Below, piece by piece: positions 27,005 through 41,173 of a stretch of DNA of 64,000 nucleotides (positions are counted from its first letter, which is position 1; each line of letters opens with the position of its first letter). Both the position numbers and the translations under genes were made by a program. Under the pieces are notes generated by a model that ran no database searches, was not told where the DNA came from, and was given only the letters and a program-made list of their open reading frames with translations. The DNA is from Eledone cirrhosa (lineage: Eukaryota): positions 27,652,001 through 27,716,000 of the forward strand of contig OZ024758.1 in NCBI GenBank assembly GCA_964016885.1. Direction: 5' to 3'.

Positions 27005-27315
27005 GAAGCACATGGCTTAGTGGTTAGAGCATTGGCCTTGCAATCGAAAGGTTGTGAGTTCAATTCTCAGACCGGGTGATGTGTTGTTTCCTTGAGCAAG
27101 AAACTTTATTTCACATTGTTCCAGTTTACTCAGCTGTAGAAATGAGATGATAGGGACTGGGGTCCCTATCATTCCACTGTAAAGTGGTCGTGGAGGTGCC
27201 ACAGCAAAAAAGCACGCAGTACTCACTGTAAATGAGATTGGTGTTAGGAAGGGCATCCAGCTGTAGAAATCAAGCCAGAATCAGTTCCCGTCCCACCCTT
27301 GCAAGCAGAGAAAAG
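27005..27315 (+). mobile_element. SINE family B
   Basis: Near-identical to other copies. Confidence 0.87.
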
Positions 27316-27819
27316 CATACATATCTTTACTTTCTTTATTCAATAGAAAATCTGAAATGTGACACCCCAGCGAACTAACCATATTCACTGAACCAGAACA
27401 ATTCTCCCATCCCTTTCTCTTGACCATTATCTTTCACTTATCAAAAAATTCTCTAAAAAGGCTACAGAATGGATTTCCAAATAAGGGCACAAAAATTTAA
27501 TGAAAACTTGTTCACGTCGCAGCCATAATTTCATTTATAACCAACCAAAAAAAAGCCTTCGTGAGCCTCCTTTTTTCAAGTAAAAAGAAATTCAAACACT
27601 CATATATGAAAAAACAACTGCGACAACCCCCCCCCCCCCCTCTTATTTGAAGAACTATTGTAACGCGAACTGACGCGAAATTTATTATAATTATTGACAA
27701 ACCAATCAAATTACTTCTCGAAAAACCTGGCATTTCGAGCCACTTTTTCCATATAAAACAAGTAACATTCAGAGACCAACCAGATGTGAGAAAAACCACA
27801 GACCCTCCATCTCAACTCA

Positions 27820-27857
27820 CCTTTTGAAAAGCAGAAGAACTGCGAAACCGGTAAAGG
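27820..27857 (+). ncRNA. Minimal type I hammerhead ribozyme, U3-A8 core variant
   Basis: cctt-TTGAAAA-gcag-aagaa-ctgc-GAAA-ccgg-TA-aagg: stems I and II pair perfectly, palindromic ACCGGT helix III, GUA site. Confidence 0.72.
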
Positions 27858-27922
27858 AACAAAATAAATATATTTTTTTTTTAAATAAGACTCCAGTTGC
27901 ATTTTTGATTTCATCTCTTTTT

Positions 27923-27965
<43 letters not shown>

Positions 27966-28011
27966 TACTTTAAAGTGTCATGCACAGTTTTGAGTTTTAT
28001 AGATTACTTAC

Positions 28012-28117
28012 ATTTTATTTTCTCTTCCCGCATACCCCGTGTTAGGATCACTAAACCACATAGCAAATCTTTAAAAGGAAGTCCCTTAGGAGTGCCACCA
28101 AATGCTCGATATATTAA
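28012..28117 (-). CDS. USP32: USP32 coding exon (exon 3 equivalent), 106 bp
   Basis: LIYRAFGGTPKGLPFKDLLCGLVILTRGMREEKIK, matching human VIYCSFGGTSKGLHFNNLIVGLVLLTRGKDEEKAK; tttcag acceptor, gtaagt donor; not in the ORF track. Confidence 0.95.
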
Positions 28118-28757
28118 CTGAAATTAAAAAGAAAATAAAACTAAAGTTTGAGAAAGTTATTTGGCTCTAAGGGAAATAAAAAGATACAAGATTATCTATT
28201 GATTTCACAGGAGATAAGTTTTCTTTTCTTACCTTTTGTTCAATAACATCTTACAGCGACACTTCTATACATTTTCTGGCAAATTTAAACACTTCATGCT
28301 TCTCGTGTTATTGCTTGCAAATTACAAGGTCAAACATTCCATTAGTCACAAAATCAATCTTCTTGATTCAAAGTTTCCTCACTGATCATATTGTATGTAT
28401 GGTCCGGTAACTCCTGATAGAGTCGTAGGGGGCGCTGTATTGACATACAGCGTTTCTTGGCCATTTTAAGCCTGGTGGAGCCCACCCCTCTCCAGGCCTG
28501 AGTATATCAGATTTCTTCCAGAGAAAGATAGAAACTGAGAGAGCGATATAGAGGAAGATTCGACCCCGGTACTTTTTTTTATTAAACTCGAAAGGATGAA
28601 AGGGAAAGCTGACCTCGGTAGAATTTGAACTCCGAGGGCAGAGAGCTGGAATGAATACCATAAAGCCTTCTATCCCACATTTAAACGACTCTGCCAATTG
28701 GCCACCAACTGACCATATTAGAGTCACATAAAACAGTAGCGTTCTTTGTATCCTTAA

Positions 28758-28965
28758 CCCTTTAGCATTTAAACCAGCCGTATCCAGACAGAATTCTCCT
28801 ACCTCTCTCTGTTTAAACCTGCCGTGACATGCCACTCATACTGACACTAAGGTATCGTTCTCAAATTAAATAATATCAAAATCTCATAGATGTGATATTA
28901 TGTGAGATAAAGCCTTTACCGTGATAATACAATAGTAAATATAGAGTAATGTAAATGCTAACGGG
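28758..28965 (+). mobile_element. piggyBac-like MITE (TTAA target, CCCTTTAGCATTTA TIR)
   Basis: TTAA on both sides, 14-bp TIR; many further copies in the window. Confidence 0.85.
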
Positions 28966-29069
28966 TTAATCCCAAACAGTGGAATAAGTCTTATACCATT
29001 AGGACAAAAACAAGTCTAAGGATTCAAGCAAAACCATTTCTTAGAGAAAGACGTGTCAACTGGTGTTAA

Positions 29070-29290
29070 CCCTTTAGCATTTACATTACTTTATATTTAC
29101 TATTGTATCTTTGTAGTAAAGGCTTTACCTCACATAATTATTTCACATAGTATCAAATCTATGAGATTTCGATATTATTTATTTTGAGAACAATAGCTTA
29201 ACATCAGTATGAGCGGCCAGTTATCGCCAGCTTGAACAGAAAGAAGTGAGAGAATTCTGGCCGGACATGGCCGGTTTAAATGCTAAAGGG
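29070..29290 (-). mobile_element. piggyBac-like MITE, inverted relative to 28758-28965
   Basis: Same TIRs and internal sequence. Confidence 0.85.
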
Positions 29291-29535
29291 TTCAAGAATA
29301 AATCACAGATATTTAGATATTAGGCAACTGAAGCTATCATGTTATGAAATAACATCATCATTGTGACATTTGCTTTTACCATACTGGCATGGATTGGGAG
29401 ACATTTTGAGGCAGGTCTTCAATGGATGCCCTTTCTGACATCAACCCATGCCCTATTTTTTTAAGTATGGTATATAGTGTAAACATTTGACAAACTACTA
29501 TGTTACAAGACAATGTCACAGCTTTTTTTTATTTC

Positions 29536-29591
<56 letters not shown>

Positions 29592-29594
29592 GAT

Positions 29595-30692
29595 TGCAGT
29601 GTCTTCACATACGATTGCCTTCTCTTATTGAGTCTTCGTTATCATCCCATTTGTGTCCATGACTTTGTAGATGACTTTGTAGGCCAGAACTTGTTCTACA
29701 CACTTTGTTGCATATCGCACACATTGTTTTGCAAGGTCTTTGTTCAGTGGTGTTGCAAATGGTTATCCTTTCGTATGACTTCAGGTGATTAACCTAACCA
29801 GCCTTTGAGAGGAGTACACGCTGACAGAACTTGCATGTCCAGCTACTGATGACTCCATCAAGACTGTAAGCACAGCCCTTCCAGAGCTGACGCTTCAGTT
29901 GTTTATGTTCTAGACGACATTCCTCAAAGGTTTTGCAACTGCCATTTATGCGTTTTCTCCACCCAGCCCTATTTAGAGCTATCTCCTCCCAGTTGTCTAT
30001 ATCAAATGCCAGATCTTTGAGGTTGTTCTTGATGCTGTCCCTGAACCTCATTTTCAGTTTGTGTTGAGGTCTTTTTCCAAGATGGAGTTCACCGTAAAAC
30101 AGTTGCTTCGGGATCCTGCTTTCTTTCATGCAGACGATATATCCTGTCTAACGCATTTGTGATGTTACTTGTGACTCAATACTTGGACATTCTGCTTTGA
30201 TAAGGACATGGATGTCAGGAGTTCTGTCTTGGCACTTCATGTTGAATATGTGCCCTAATCATTTCTGCTGAAAACGCTCAAGTAATTTGATGTGTTTTCA
30301 GAATAGCGTCGAGGTTTCAGCAGAATATAAAAGAGCAGACAGAACACATGATCTATACACACACACTTTGGTATTGTTGGGAATGTTGCGATTTGCCCAA
30401 ACTCTCTTTTCCAATTTTCCGAAGGCAACAGAGGCTTTCTGGATGTGCAGTTGTATTTCAGCATCCAAGGAGCCATCGTTTGAGAGTGTACTACCCAAGT
30501 AGACAAATTTAACTACTACTCCCAGCCTGGTTCCATCAACCATGATATTGGGTTCAGTATATGGTTCTCCAGGAGCAGGGGTAAACATTACTTTGGTCTT
30601 TTTAAGGCTGATTGTAAGCCCAAATGCTGTACACAAGGATGAGAAACAGTCCATAATGTGTTACATGTCAGCTTCTGTGTGTGCTAGGAAAT
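29595..30692 (-). mobile_element. Degenerate RTE-clade LINE 3' part with C2H2 fingers
   Basis: LTISLKKTKVM, FVYLGS, RIPKQLFYGEL, CKFCQRVLLSKAG and CAICNKVCRTSSGLQSHLQSH. Confidence 0.88.
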
Positions 30693-30959
30693 CACACACA
30701 CACACACACACACACACAAATACATATGTACAGAGAGATAGTGTGGGGGGAGATAATGAACTTCCTAGTAGTTTCCATCTACCAGGCATTACTTAGTCCA
30801 GATCTATATTAGAAGACACTTCCCCAGGGTGCCATATAGTGGGATTGTACCTGAAACCATATAGTTAGTTCCAAAGCAAACTTCTTAACCACACAGCCAA
30901 GCCTGCACTTATTCACAACCATATCTTGCTCACCTTAATATCTTCATTTATTAAAATCT

Positions 30960-31445
30960 AAACTATAATAAAGTAAGGAGTGCGGGACTGCATACGGTTT
31001 ATAATTTTTTATCCCATTAGTAAAATAAGTTGGATTACTTTGAATAAATAATGAATGAATATTACATAATTTATCTACTAAATTTCGTGGCTGTTCATTA
31101 AATCTATTTTATTATTTATTTAAAAATTCACTTCTTTAAAATGTTCAAATGTCAACACTTCCGGTTGGCCATCACTTAAATTAACATTCATATATTTCTG
31201 TCACTAATTTTCTCCTAATGCAGTTTATATATAATATCGTCTTATTTTAATGTATCATGGATTACGTTACTGATTACATAAGACAGTGTAACATAGACTT
31301 CGTTCAATTTCTGTGTATATTGTCAATTACGATATTATTTGATGTATCATATCTACATGTATATATACTTGCGTATAATATCAATATACACACTACACAT
31401 GCTAGCAGAAAACTTCCCAAAGGGTGGTCTTTCTGCTAGTAAATA
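30960..31445. repeat. Unclassified dispersed repeat, also at 41175-41775
   Basis: Colinear similarity, e.g. gattactttgaataaataatgaatgaat and cacactacacatgctagcagaaaac. Confidence 0.75.
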
Positions 31446-31674
31446 TAAAACATTTATTTTTGTACAAGCAAATACATTCTCAAGAAGACGAACATGTTTT
31501 TGGCTGCAGCATATCCCATAAACGTAAATTTATCTGATGAAATTGCACCCGAACCAGCAACAAATGCAACTACAGCACCTTGAATTGCATACGGGTCGCT
31601 ACTGAAATAATTATAATGAATAGACGCTTTATGTAAACACATCATCTTTTTTAATGTTCTTGTTCTTCTTTGTC

Positions 31675-32170
31675 CATTTATTCCTGAGAGGGTCGTGGGG
31701 GCAGAGTCCTCAAACACCCCTTCCAGTGGGCCCTGTCAGAAACAACCGTCTCCAATTGATCTGGCTGGATCTCCAAGCGTGACCAGCCAAGTTCATGGAT
31801 GTTATCCAACCCTCTTGCTTGAGGTCTACCCTTGGGTCTCCTACCTGTTGGTTTTGCTTGTAAAACCTGTCCAGCAATTCTTTCCTGAGACATTCTAACC
31901 CCATGTCCATAGTATCGGAGCTGTGATCTCTCAATTCGGAGAAGTAGCAGCTCTACCTGGAGTGACTCTCCTTTGATTCTTTCCTGAGACATTCTAACCA
32001 CATGTCCATAGTATCGGAGCTGTGATCTCTCAATTCGGAGAAGTAGCAGCTCTACCTAGTGTGAGTCTCTGATCTCTGAGTCATGCACTTTATCGAGTAA
32101 TGTTACTCCAAAGACCCTTTGGAAGAATCCTCTTTTGGCCGTTTGTATTCACAATTGTATTCTTTCGATC
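31675..32170 (-). mobile_element. RTE-type LINE 3' fragment with internal duplication
   Basis: RIERSQLRYYGH..GRRPKGRP; 31880-31960 repeated at 31977-32057. Confidence 0.8.
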
Positions 32171-32695
32171 ATTACCCATTACTTTCTTAATGTTATTTTT
32201 TTAAATATTAAATATAAATTTTTTTTAGGCAGAAAGCCAGATTTTAAGGGACAAATTATAGTAAAAACAGCAGTATTTTATAGGTGCCCATATTTGCATT
32301 TGTAAGGAATAAAACAATACATTTTCACATAAAACAATACATTTTCACTGGCATGCTGCACTGAAAGGCTGTTATTCAATAATTGTTATAACATTGTCCT
32401 GGAGTCAAGAGGTCAAAGATAAAGACACATTTCTTATGAATTTGTTAATGACATATCTTTAGGTATCAATATATTTTTTTATATGTAACTAATGTTTTGG
32501 GTTTTTTGTTTTTTTTTTTTACATTTTTTTATATACCAACACTGGACTGTGTTTTGTAATATCAGATAAGTCAACAAGATGAACATTAAGCAAAGAGTAA
32601 TACAACTAAATATAACTTTGATTATGGAAGCTAAACTGAAAAATAGTTAAATAAATAAATAAATATTGAATGAAACTATAAAATACAATTTTTAC

Positions 32696-32823
32696 CTGAG
32701 CGAATTTTGGTGGAACTCCTTCCCAGAGAACTTCTCTTATAAACAGACCTTCTGTCATTAATCCATTTAAATTTGATGTGCGTTTAAAAGCATTTTTTAA
32801 ACGCTTCATTTCAGATTCAGTCA
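32696..32823 (-). CDS. USP32: USP32 coding exon (exon 2 equivalent), 128 bp
   Basis: (x)TESEMKRLKNAFKRTSNLNGLMTEGLFIREVLWEGVPPKFAQ, matching human VTDVELKRLKDAFKRTCGLSYYMGQHCFIREVLGDGVPPKVAE; ttacag acceptor, gtaaa donor. Confidence 0.95.
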
Positions 32824-33030
32824 CTGTAAGAAAGGGGAAAAAAAAAATCTATATTACAGGAAACATTAACATATATAATTTTCATAGAAAACATCAGATT
32901 AGAAGACCAAAGCAAGCTATCATATTATACTACAAACTACTCATTCTCTATAAAAATACAAGTAGTGTGTATATAAAAACCATTAATCTGGATACCTAAA
33001 TATGGAATGTTATGGTTGTGATTTATATAT

Positions 33031-33355
33031 AACCCTTTAGCATTTACATTACTCTATATTTTTTGCTGTATTTTCATTACTCTGTATTTTTTGCTGTATT
33101 TTCATTACTCTGTATTTTTTGCTGTATTTTCATTACTCTGTATTTTTTGCTGTAATTTCATTACTCTGTATTTTTTGCTGTATTTTCATGATAAAGCCTT
33201 ATCTCACATAATTGTCTTACATAATATTGAATCTAGGAGATTTTATGATATTTATTTTGAGAACAATACCTTAACATCAGTATGAGTGGCCAGTTATGGC
33301 TGGTTTGAACAGAAAGAGGTGAGAGAATTCTGGCCAGATATGGCCGGTTTAAATT
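33031..33355 (-). mobile_element. piggyBac-like MITE with internal 28-bp tandem expansion (~5 units)
   Basis: aaccctttagcatttac start; ttttttgctgtattttcattactctgta repeats. Confidence 0.8.
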
Positions 33356-33621
33356 AATTTTAACAAGTATGATCATTCAATAATTCCTGACATGTTTCCA
33401 TAGACAAACAAGCCCTAAACTTCCATGTATCTATTACTCGAGGGACTATGATAAAAAGGGTTGAAAACAGAGTCTTCTTATACTATGTCCATTACTTCTA
33501 ATTTTGTCCCATGTTTTTATTACCCTTATCTATGGTCTGAAAACTTCTCATAACCTTTTCAATCACATTTAGATTTTTACTAGGCTAATAGATTACAAAA
33601 TATGAAACTATGCCAAAAATG

Positions 33622-33921
<300 letters not shown>

Positions 33922-34805
33922 TATTTGTTTCAATCCTTTAGTACACGGTGACAAAGAATTATAAAATACTTGTATTATTTTCTAAGTAATTATGAAGATT
34001 CAACTTTATGCCATCATCATTGTTTAAACGTCCACCTTCCACACTAGCATGGGTTAGACGGGTTGTCACATTTGAGGCAATTTGGGTCAAGTGACCATGT
34101 CTTGCCTCATACACAACCGTTTCTGGATAGATTTCTAGATCACAAAATATGAAACTATTTCAAAATTAATGTGTGTGTGTGTGTTTGTGATTGTGTGTGT
34201 ATATTTGTTTGCGTGTGTGAGTGTATACATCAATAAATCATTTGTTTCAATCCTTTAGTACATGGTGTCCAAAACTGAGGACATAAAACAATACAAGTAT
34301 TATATAATTCTTTAAGTAATTACAAAAATTCAACTTTATGTATTAATGTTAAACCAATGTTTCATATGTTACTTTTCAGAAATATAAAATCTATAGTTCC
34401 ATATTTTTACACAAATTCCATCTGCATTCATATCCACCAAAATCAGTATAAAATAGCTAGGTTTTACCAATAAAATGTCTTATTTCCTTTTGCTGTAATT
34501 AAAATATTTTACTGATAAAAACTGAGGATTCAGCCATATGACAGTTTAAGTCATAAAAATCATGTAAAGTTTTAATCTAAGACAATGTCAATCTTTGAAA
34601 TAAAAATTCATCTCTAAGTAATAACATTTCAGATCAGTCATTCAATGTGAATATCTGTGTAGCTTGGCAGAAAATGTCCAGATTTTTTTAATGTTCTTCA
34701 TAAAACATTAAAATTGTATTGGCTGATTATGGATAGTGATATGATTGCCTAAAAAAAAGATTAATGAGCTTTCTGTTATCTTGAAAAGGACACTTCTATC
34801 TAACT

Positions 34806-35130
34806 CAGTGGTTCCCAACATTTTGTGCACCATGCCCCACCTCAACATATCAAAAAATTGTTATGCCACACCCACCCCTTAATACAAAAACAGCAATGAT
34901 CAACTGCAAAGTGTAAAGAAACTGGTGTATAGGTGGTACCAGATGTACAATACCATATGTGGAGGAGGTGAGATAATAGTTTCTGACAGTAATGTGTACC
35001 AACGTTGCCTTGCTATAAAAGTAATAAGGTAAACTGGAAGTTTGTTCTCATTAACATCATTTTCAAATTGTCCCCTTAAATATTCAAATTGTTCCGCTGT
35101 GGGGTGTGGGCCCCATGTTGGGAATGACTG
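34806..35130. mobile_element. hAT/Charlie-like MITE
   Basis: TIRs cagtggttcccaac / gttgggaatgactg; 8-bp TSD atctaact / atctaaat. Confidence 0.78.
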
Positions 35131-35217
35131 ATCTAAATGTATGGGCTTGAGTGCATATTAATGTGTGCAGATAATTTTAAAAGGGTTTCTTTTCTGTATA
35201 GTAGTTCAAATGCTTCT

Positions 35218-35745
35218 GAGAGAGAGTGAGTGAGTGAGTGAGTGAGTGAGTGAGTGAGTGAGTGAGTGAGTGAGTGAGTGAGTGAGTGAGTGAGTGAGTG
35301 AGTGAGTGAGTGAGAGAGTGAGTGAGAGAGAGAGAGAGAGAGAGAGTGTGAGAGTGTGAGAGTGTGAGAGTGTGAGAGTGTGAGAGTGAGTGAGTGAGTG
35401 AGTGAGTGAGTGAGTGAGTGAGTGAGTGAGTGAGTGAGTGAGTGAGTGAGTGAGTGAGTGAGTGAGTGAGTGAGTGAGTGAGTGAGTGAGTGAGTGAGTG
35501 AGTGAGTGAGTGAGTGAGTGAGTGAGTGAGTGAGTGAGTGAGTGAGTGAGTGAGTGAGTGAGTGAGTGAGTGAGTGAGTGAGTGAGTGAGTGAGTGAGTG
35601 AGTGAGTGAGTGAGTGAGTGAGTGAGTGAGTGAGTGAGTGAGTGAGTGAGTGAGTGAGTGAGTGAGTGAGTGAGTGAGTGAGTGAGTGAGTGAGTGAGTG
35701 AGTGAGTGAGTGAGTGAGTGAGTGAGTGAGTGAGTGAGTGAGTGA

Positions 35746-35770
<25 letters not shown>
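35218..35770. repeat. (GAGT)n microsatellite
   Basis: Directly visible. Confidence 0.97.
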
Positions 35771-35778
<8 letters not shown>

Positions 35779-35799
35779 GTATATATATAGACACAGTGG

Positions 35800-36130
35800 A
35801 TGGAATAGGAAAGGGGGGGATGGGGTAATGTGTGTGGAGTGGGGTATACATTCGGTTAAGAGGTGCCTACTGACTGTAGGTTTGTATGCAATTGCAGTCG
35901 GGTCTTCTGTACAACTGCATGGTGCCAAAGATCTCGATCCAATGTCATTGTCTTAGAGAAGTGTAAGTGAGCAAGGTCAGTTTTTAACACCTCGTCCCAG
36001 GTTTTTCTTGATCTATCCACTGAATAGCTTCCATCAATTTTCATTGCCCTGCACTTTTTTATACAGCTGTCGTCTTTCATATGCATCACATGTCCATACC
36101 AACGCAATCTCCTCTCCAGAACACAACGTA
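35800..36130 (-). mobile_element. LINE 3' fragment related to 50198-51424
   Basis: RWYGHVMHMKDDSCIKKCRAMKIDG..RKTWDE..DRDLW. Confidence 0.85.
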
Positions 36131-36259
36131 TATACTTGTGTTAAAGCTGAATTTTTTTGACCATTTTTTAAGGTTAAATTTATAGGGTCAATTATTTCAT
36201 GGATATTACATTTGAGGGACTTGAAATTCATGCTAGAATTCAAAGTACTATCTCTAAAA

Positions 36260-36650
36260 TGTGTAAACCTTTACTGTGAAAATACAATAGGATATATAGA
36301 GTAATGTGTAAAACCTTTACTGTGAAAATACAATAGGATATATAGAGTAATGTGTAAAACCTTTACTGTGAAAATACAATAGGATATATAGAGTAATGTG
36401 TAAAACCTTTACTGTGAAAATACAATAGGATATATAGAGTAATGTGTAAAACCTTTACTGTGAAAATACAATAGGATATATAGAGTAATGTGTAAAACCT
36501 TTACTGTGAAAATACAATAGGATATATAGAGTAATGTGTAAAACCTTTACTGTGAAAATACAATAGGATATATAGAGTAATGTGTAAAACCTTTACTGTG
36601 AAAATACAATAGGATATATAGAGTAATGTGTAAAGCCTTTACCGTGAAAA
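36260..36650. repeat. 46-bp minisatellite derived from the MITE subterminus, ~8 copies
   Basis: aaaacctttactgtgaaaatacaataggatatatagagtaatgtgt. Confidence 0.92.
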
Positions 36651-37319
36651 TCTATATATATATATATATTCCTAGCGACACCTTGCCTAGACTTGTGCCT
36701 CGGAAAGGAAGCTTTCTAGGTGCAAATTCTATGGTCATTCGTGACCGAAGGGGGTCTTTATGCTCAAAGAAGAGAATTTTACAAGAATAAATTAATAATA
36801 TTCTTGTAGTGAAAGAGAATAGATAATTTTTTCATTCATACTTTATTTTACTAAATATGATTACTCAAACCTATACAAAGTTTTATTACAAATTAATATC
36901 TTTGTTCATGATGAGCTAAAAAACTTTATCATTATCTGCCTATCACTGAATCGCCCAAGAAACTTCCTGTGAGATGCAACTTTGTAAGAGGTCAGTTAAA
37001 TCTACTTAGGTGTGAGCTGTAACAACATACAAACACAACATATATTTTTTATCTTGCTGACATGAATTGAAGTAGGATATTTATTTAGTTTGAAATTATT
37101 TCTTTTCCAATTGGATAGGCTTCATAATGTCAACCAATGTTAAAGTACTTATTGTGTTGCAAATATCAATTGTTATTTTCCTAGTTACGTATTGGTTTCA
37201 TTTTGTAGTTACTATTACCTCTAAGAAGTTGAGGAGCTATTTGAGGAAAAGAAAAACGTAAACCAATGAAAAGTGCAGTAAATATAAAGACACTTCAACA
37301 AGAACCATAAACTGGGAAA

Positions 37320-38365
37320 TATAAACCGGTTGTATCCAGTCAGAATTATCTCACCTTTTTCTGTTCAAACTGGCTGTAACCAGCCCCTCATACTGATGTT
37401 ATGGTATTGTTCTCAAAATAAATAATATAAAAATCTCATAGATTCAATATTATGTGAGATAATTATGTGAGGTAAAGCCTTTACCGTGAAAATACAATAG
37501 TATATATAGAGTAATGTGTAAAACCTTTACTGTGAAAATACAATAGGATATATAGAGTAATGTATAAAACCTTTACCGTGAAAATACAATAGGATATATA
37601 GAGTAATGTGTAAAACCTTTACCGTGAAAATACAATAGGATATATAGAGTAATGTGTAAAACCTTTACCGTGAAAATACAATAGGATATATAGAGTAATG
37701 TGTAAAACCTTTACCGTGAAAATACAATAGGATATATAGAGTAATGTGTAAAACCTTTACTGTGAAAATACAATAGTATATATAGAGTAATGTGTAAAAC
37801 CTTTACTGTGAAAATACAATAGGATATATAGAGTAATGTGTAAAACCTTTACTGTGAAAATACAATAGGATATATAGAGTAATGTATAAAACCTTTACCG
37901 TGAAATTACAATAGGATATATAGAGTAATGTGTAAAACCTTTACTGTGAAAATACAATAGGATATATAGAGTAATGTGTAAAACCTTTACTGTGAAAATA
38001 CAATAGGATATATAGAGTAATGTATAAAACCTTTACCGTGAAAATACAATAGTATATATAGAGTAATGTGTAAAACCTTTACTGTGAAAATACAATAGGA
38101 TATATAGAGTAATGTGTAAAACCTTTACTGTGAAAATACAATAGGATATATAGAGTAATGTGTAAAACCTTTACCGTGAAAATACAATAGGATATATAGA
38201 GTAATGTGTAAAGCCTTTACCGTGAAATTACAATAGGATATATAGAGTAATGTGTAAAACCTTTACTGTGAAAATACAATAGGATATATAGAGTAATGTG
38301 TAAAGCCTTTACCATGAAAATACAATAGTATATATAGAGAGTAATGTAAATACTAAAGGGTTAAA
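37320..38365 (+). mobile_element. piggyBac-like MITE with ~19 tandem 46-bp internal units
   Basis: MITE body, then array 37472-38345, then aaagggttaa end. Confidence 0.88.
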
Positions 38366-39427
38366 ACAGATTCAGAACAGAACAAAACTGAAAATTTCAG
38401 AGTGTAACAGTACAGTTTATTATAGAGAAACAATGACAGATATTGACAATGCTAATGATAAGACACTATAGTTAAATGTTAGCCAGAAATAAATGCTACT
38501 GTGAAATATAACATAGCTAATATTAAAGTGTAGCATCAGAAGTAGTTGTCAAACCTTGTAAAAGGATATTTTCCATATGTACACTATCACTTCCAATGAC
38601 CAGACAGTAAGAGAAGAAAATAGGAAATTAAGTAATGAGATCTTAATCCTCATATTTCAGAATACAGAAACTTATGAGCAGATGCTGTTGAAAAGGTAAA
38701 GTAATGTAATAAATATTCAATAAATTAGAAAAAAAAACTGAAAAAGAATAAAGGATCTGTTGCTACATTGTATAATTATTTCAATTGTTACTTTTTGCAT
38801 GACTTCCTCTCTCAAATGTCTATCACAATCTGATGCAGTCGACAGTTTAGCTTTAGTTTTCACAAATGTTATTTCAGCCAATCGTAAACTAGCAATCTTT
38901 TGGGTTGTTTAAATAGAAAATTGCTGTCTGCTTATGATCTTTCTCTCTCTTAGTAGCCATTGGCAGCCATGGTATATTGTCCACTTTCTCTATCTTTCTC
39001 TATTTCAGCAAGTCTAACCTTGACAATTTCCACCAGTTTTAAAAACACATAAATTATCTATATTTTGTTCTCTTTATAGCTAACCATTGTCTATATGCAC
39101 ACATTTGATTCCACAACATAAATTATTCCATTGACATAAGAATTTTCTATACACATTATCCAATTGACTTTGTAAAACATGAAAATATGTACATTTACCA
39201 TAACACTTTTTCTACAACACAAATTATCTAATTGGCTTTAAGTATATTCTTTCCTTGCAAACCCGTTTGTGTAAAAACTGCATGATTGATTTTAGATATT
39301 AAATCTGTTATATTCTGAACTGAATTCTCTGCTATCTCCAATTTGTCTTCACAAATCACATGCTAAAATTATTCTAACAAAATCAGAATATATCTATTTC
39401 TTATTGGTATGCAGGAAATAATTGGAA

Positions 39428-39463
<36 letters not shown>

Positions 39464-39679
39464 AACGATCGACTTTTGTCAGATCGGACCGAGAAACAGT
39501 GTTTCCATTGGTCTTTCCAATTGCTAATACTATCTATCGGTCGCAACTCCAGGTAGAAGGAGCAACGTGAAATAAAGTGTCTTGCTCAAGGACATAACGC
39601 ATCGCCCGGTCCAGGAATCGAACTCACAACCTCACGATTGCGAATCCAGTTCTCTAACCACTCAGCCACACGCCTTTAC

Positions 39680-40819
<1,140 letters not shown>

Positions 40820-40950
40820 GTGAGGTTTTTTTTACAAAATGAAAAATAACCGAGGTGTCCTACACGAGTGAAAGTATAAAGAAAAAGAGATGCAATCGGA
40901 AATGCAACTGGAGTCTTATTTTTCTTTTAAATATATATATTTATTTGGTT

Positions 40951-40988
40951 CCTTTACCGGTTTCGCAGTTCTTCTGCTTTTCAAAAGG
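40951..40988 (-). ncRNA. Minimal hammerhead, U3-A8 variant (left arm of fold-back)
   Basis: Exact reverse complement of 27820-27857. Confidence 0.7.
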
Positions 40989-41029
40989 TGAGTTGAGATG
41001 GAGGGTCTGTGGTTTTTCTCCTCAACTCA

Positions 41030-41067
41030 CCTTTTGAAAAGCAGAAGAACTGCGAAACCGGTAAAGG
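41030..41067 (+). ncRNA. Minimal hammerhead, U3-A8 variant (right arm of fold-back)
   Basis: Identical to 27820-27857. Confidence 0.7.
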
Positions 41068-41132
41068 AACCAAATAAATATATATATATTTTTTTTTAAA
41101 TAAGACTCCAGTTGCATTTTAGATTTCATCTC

Positions 41133-41173
<41 letters not shown>

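Noticed and set aside
31454-31717. ORF as candidate USP32 exon 3
   Set aside because: No similarity; the true exon is 28012-28117
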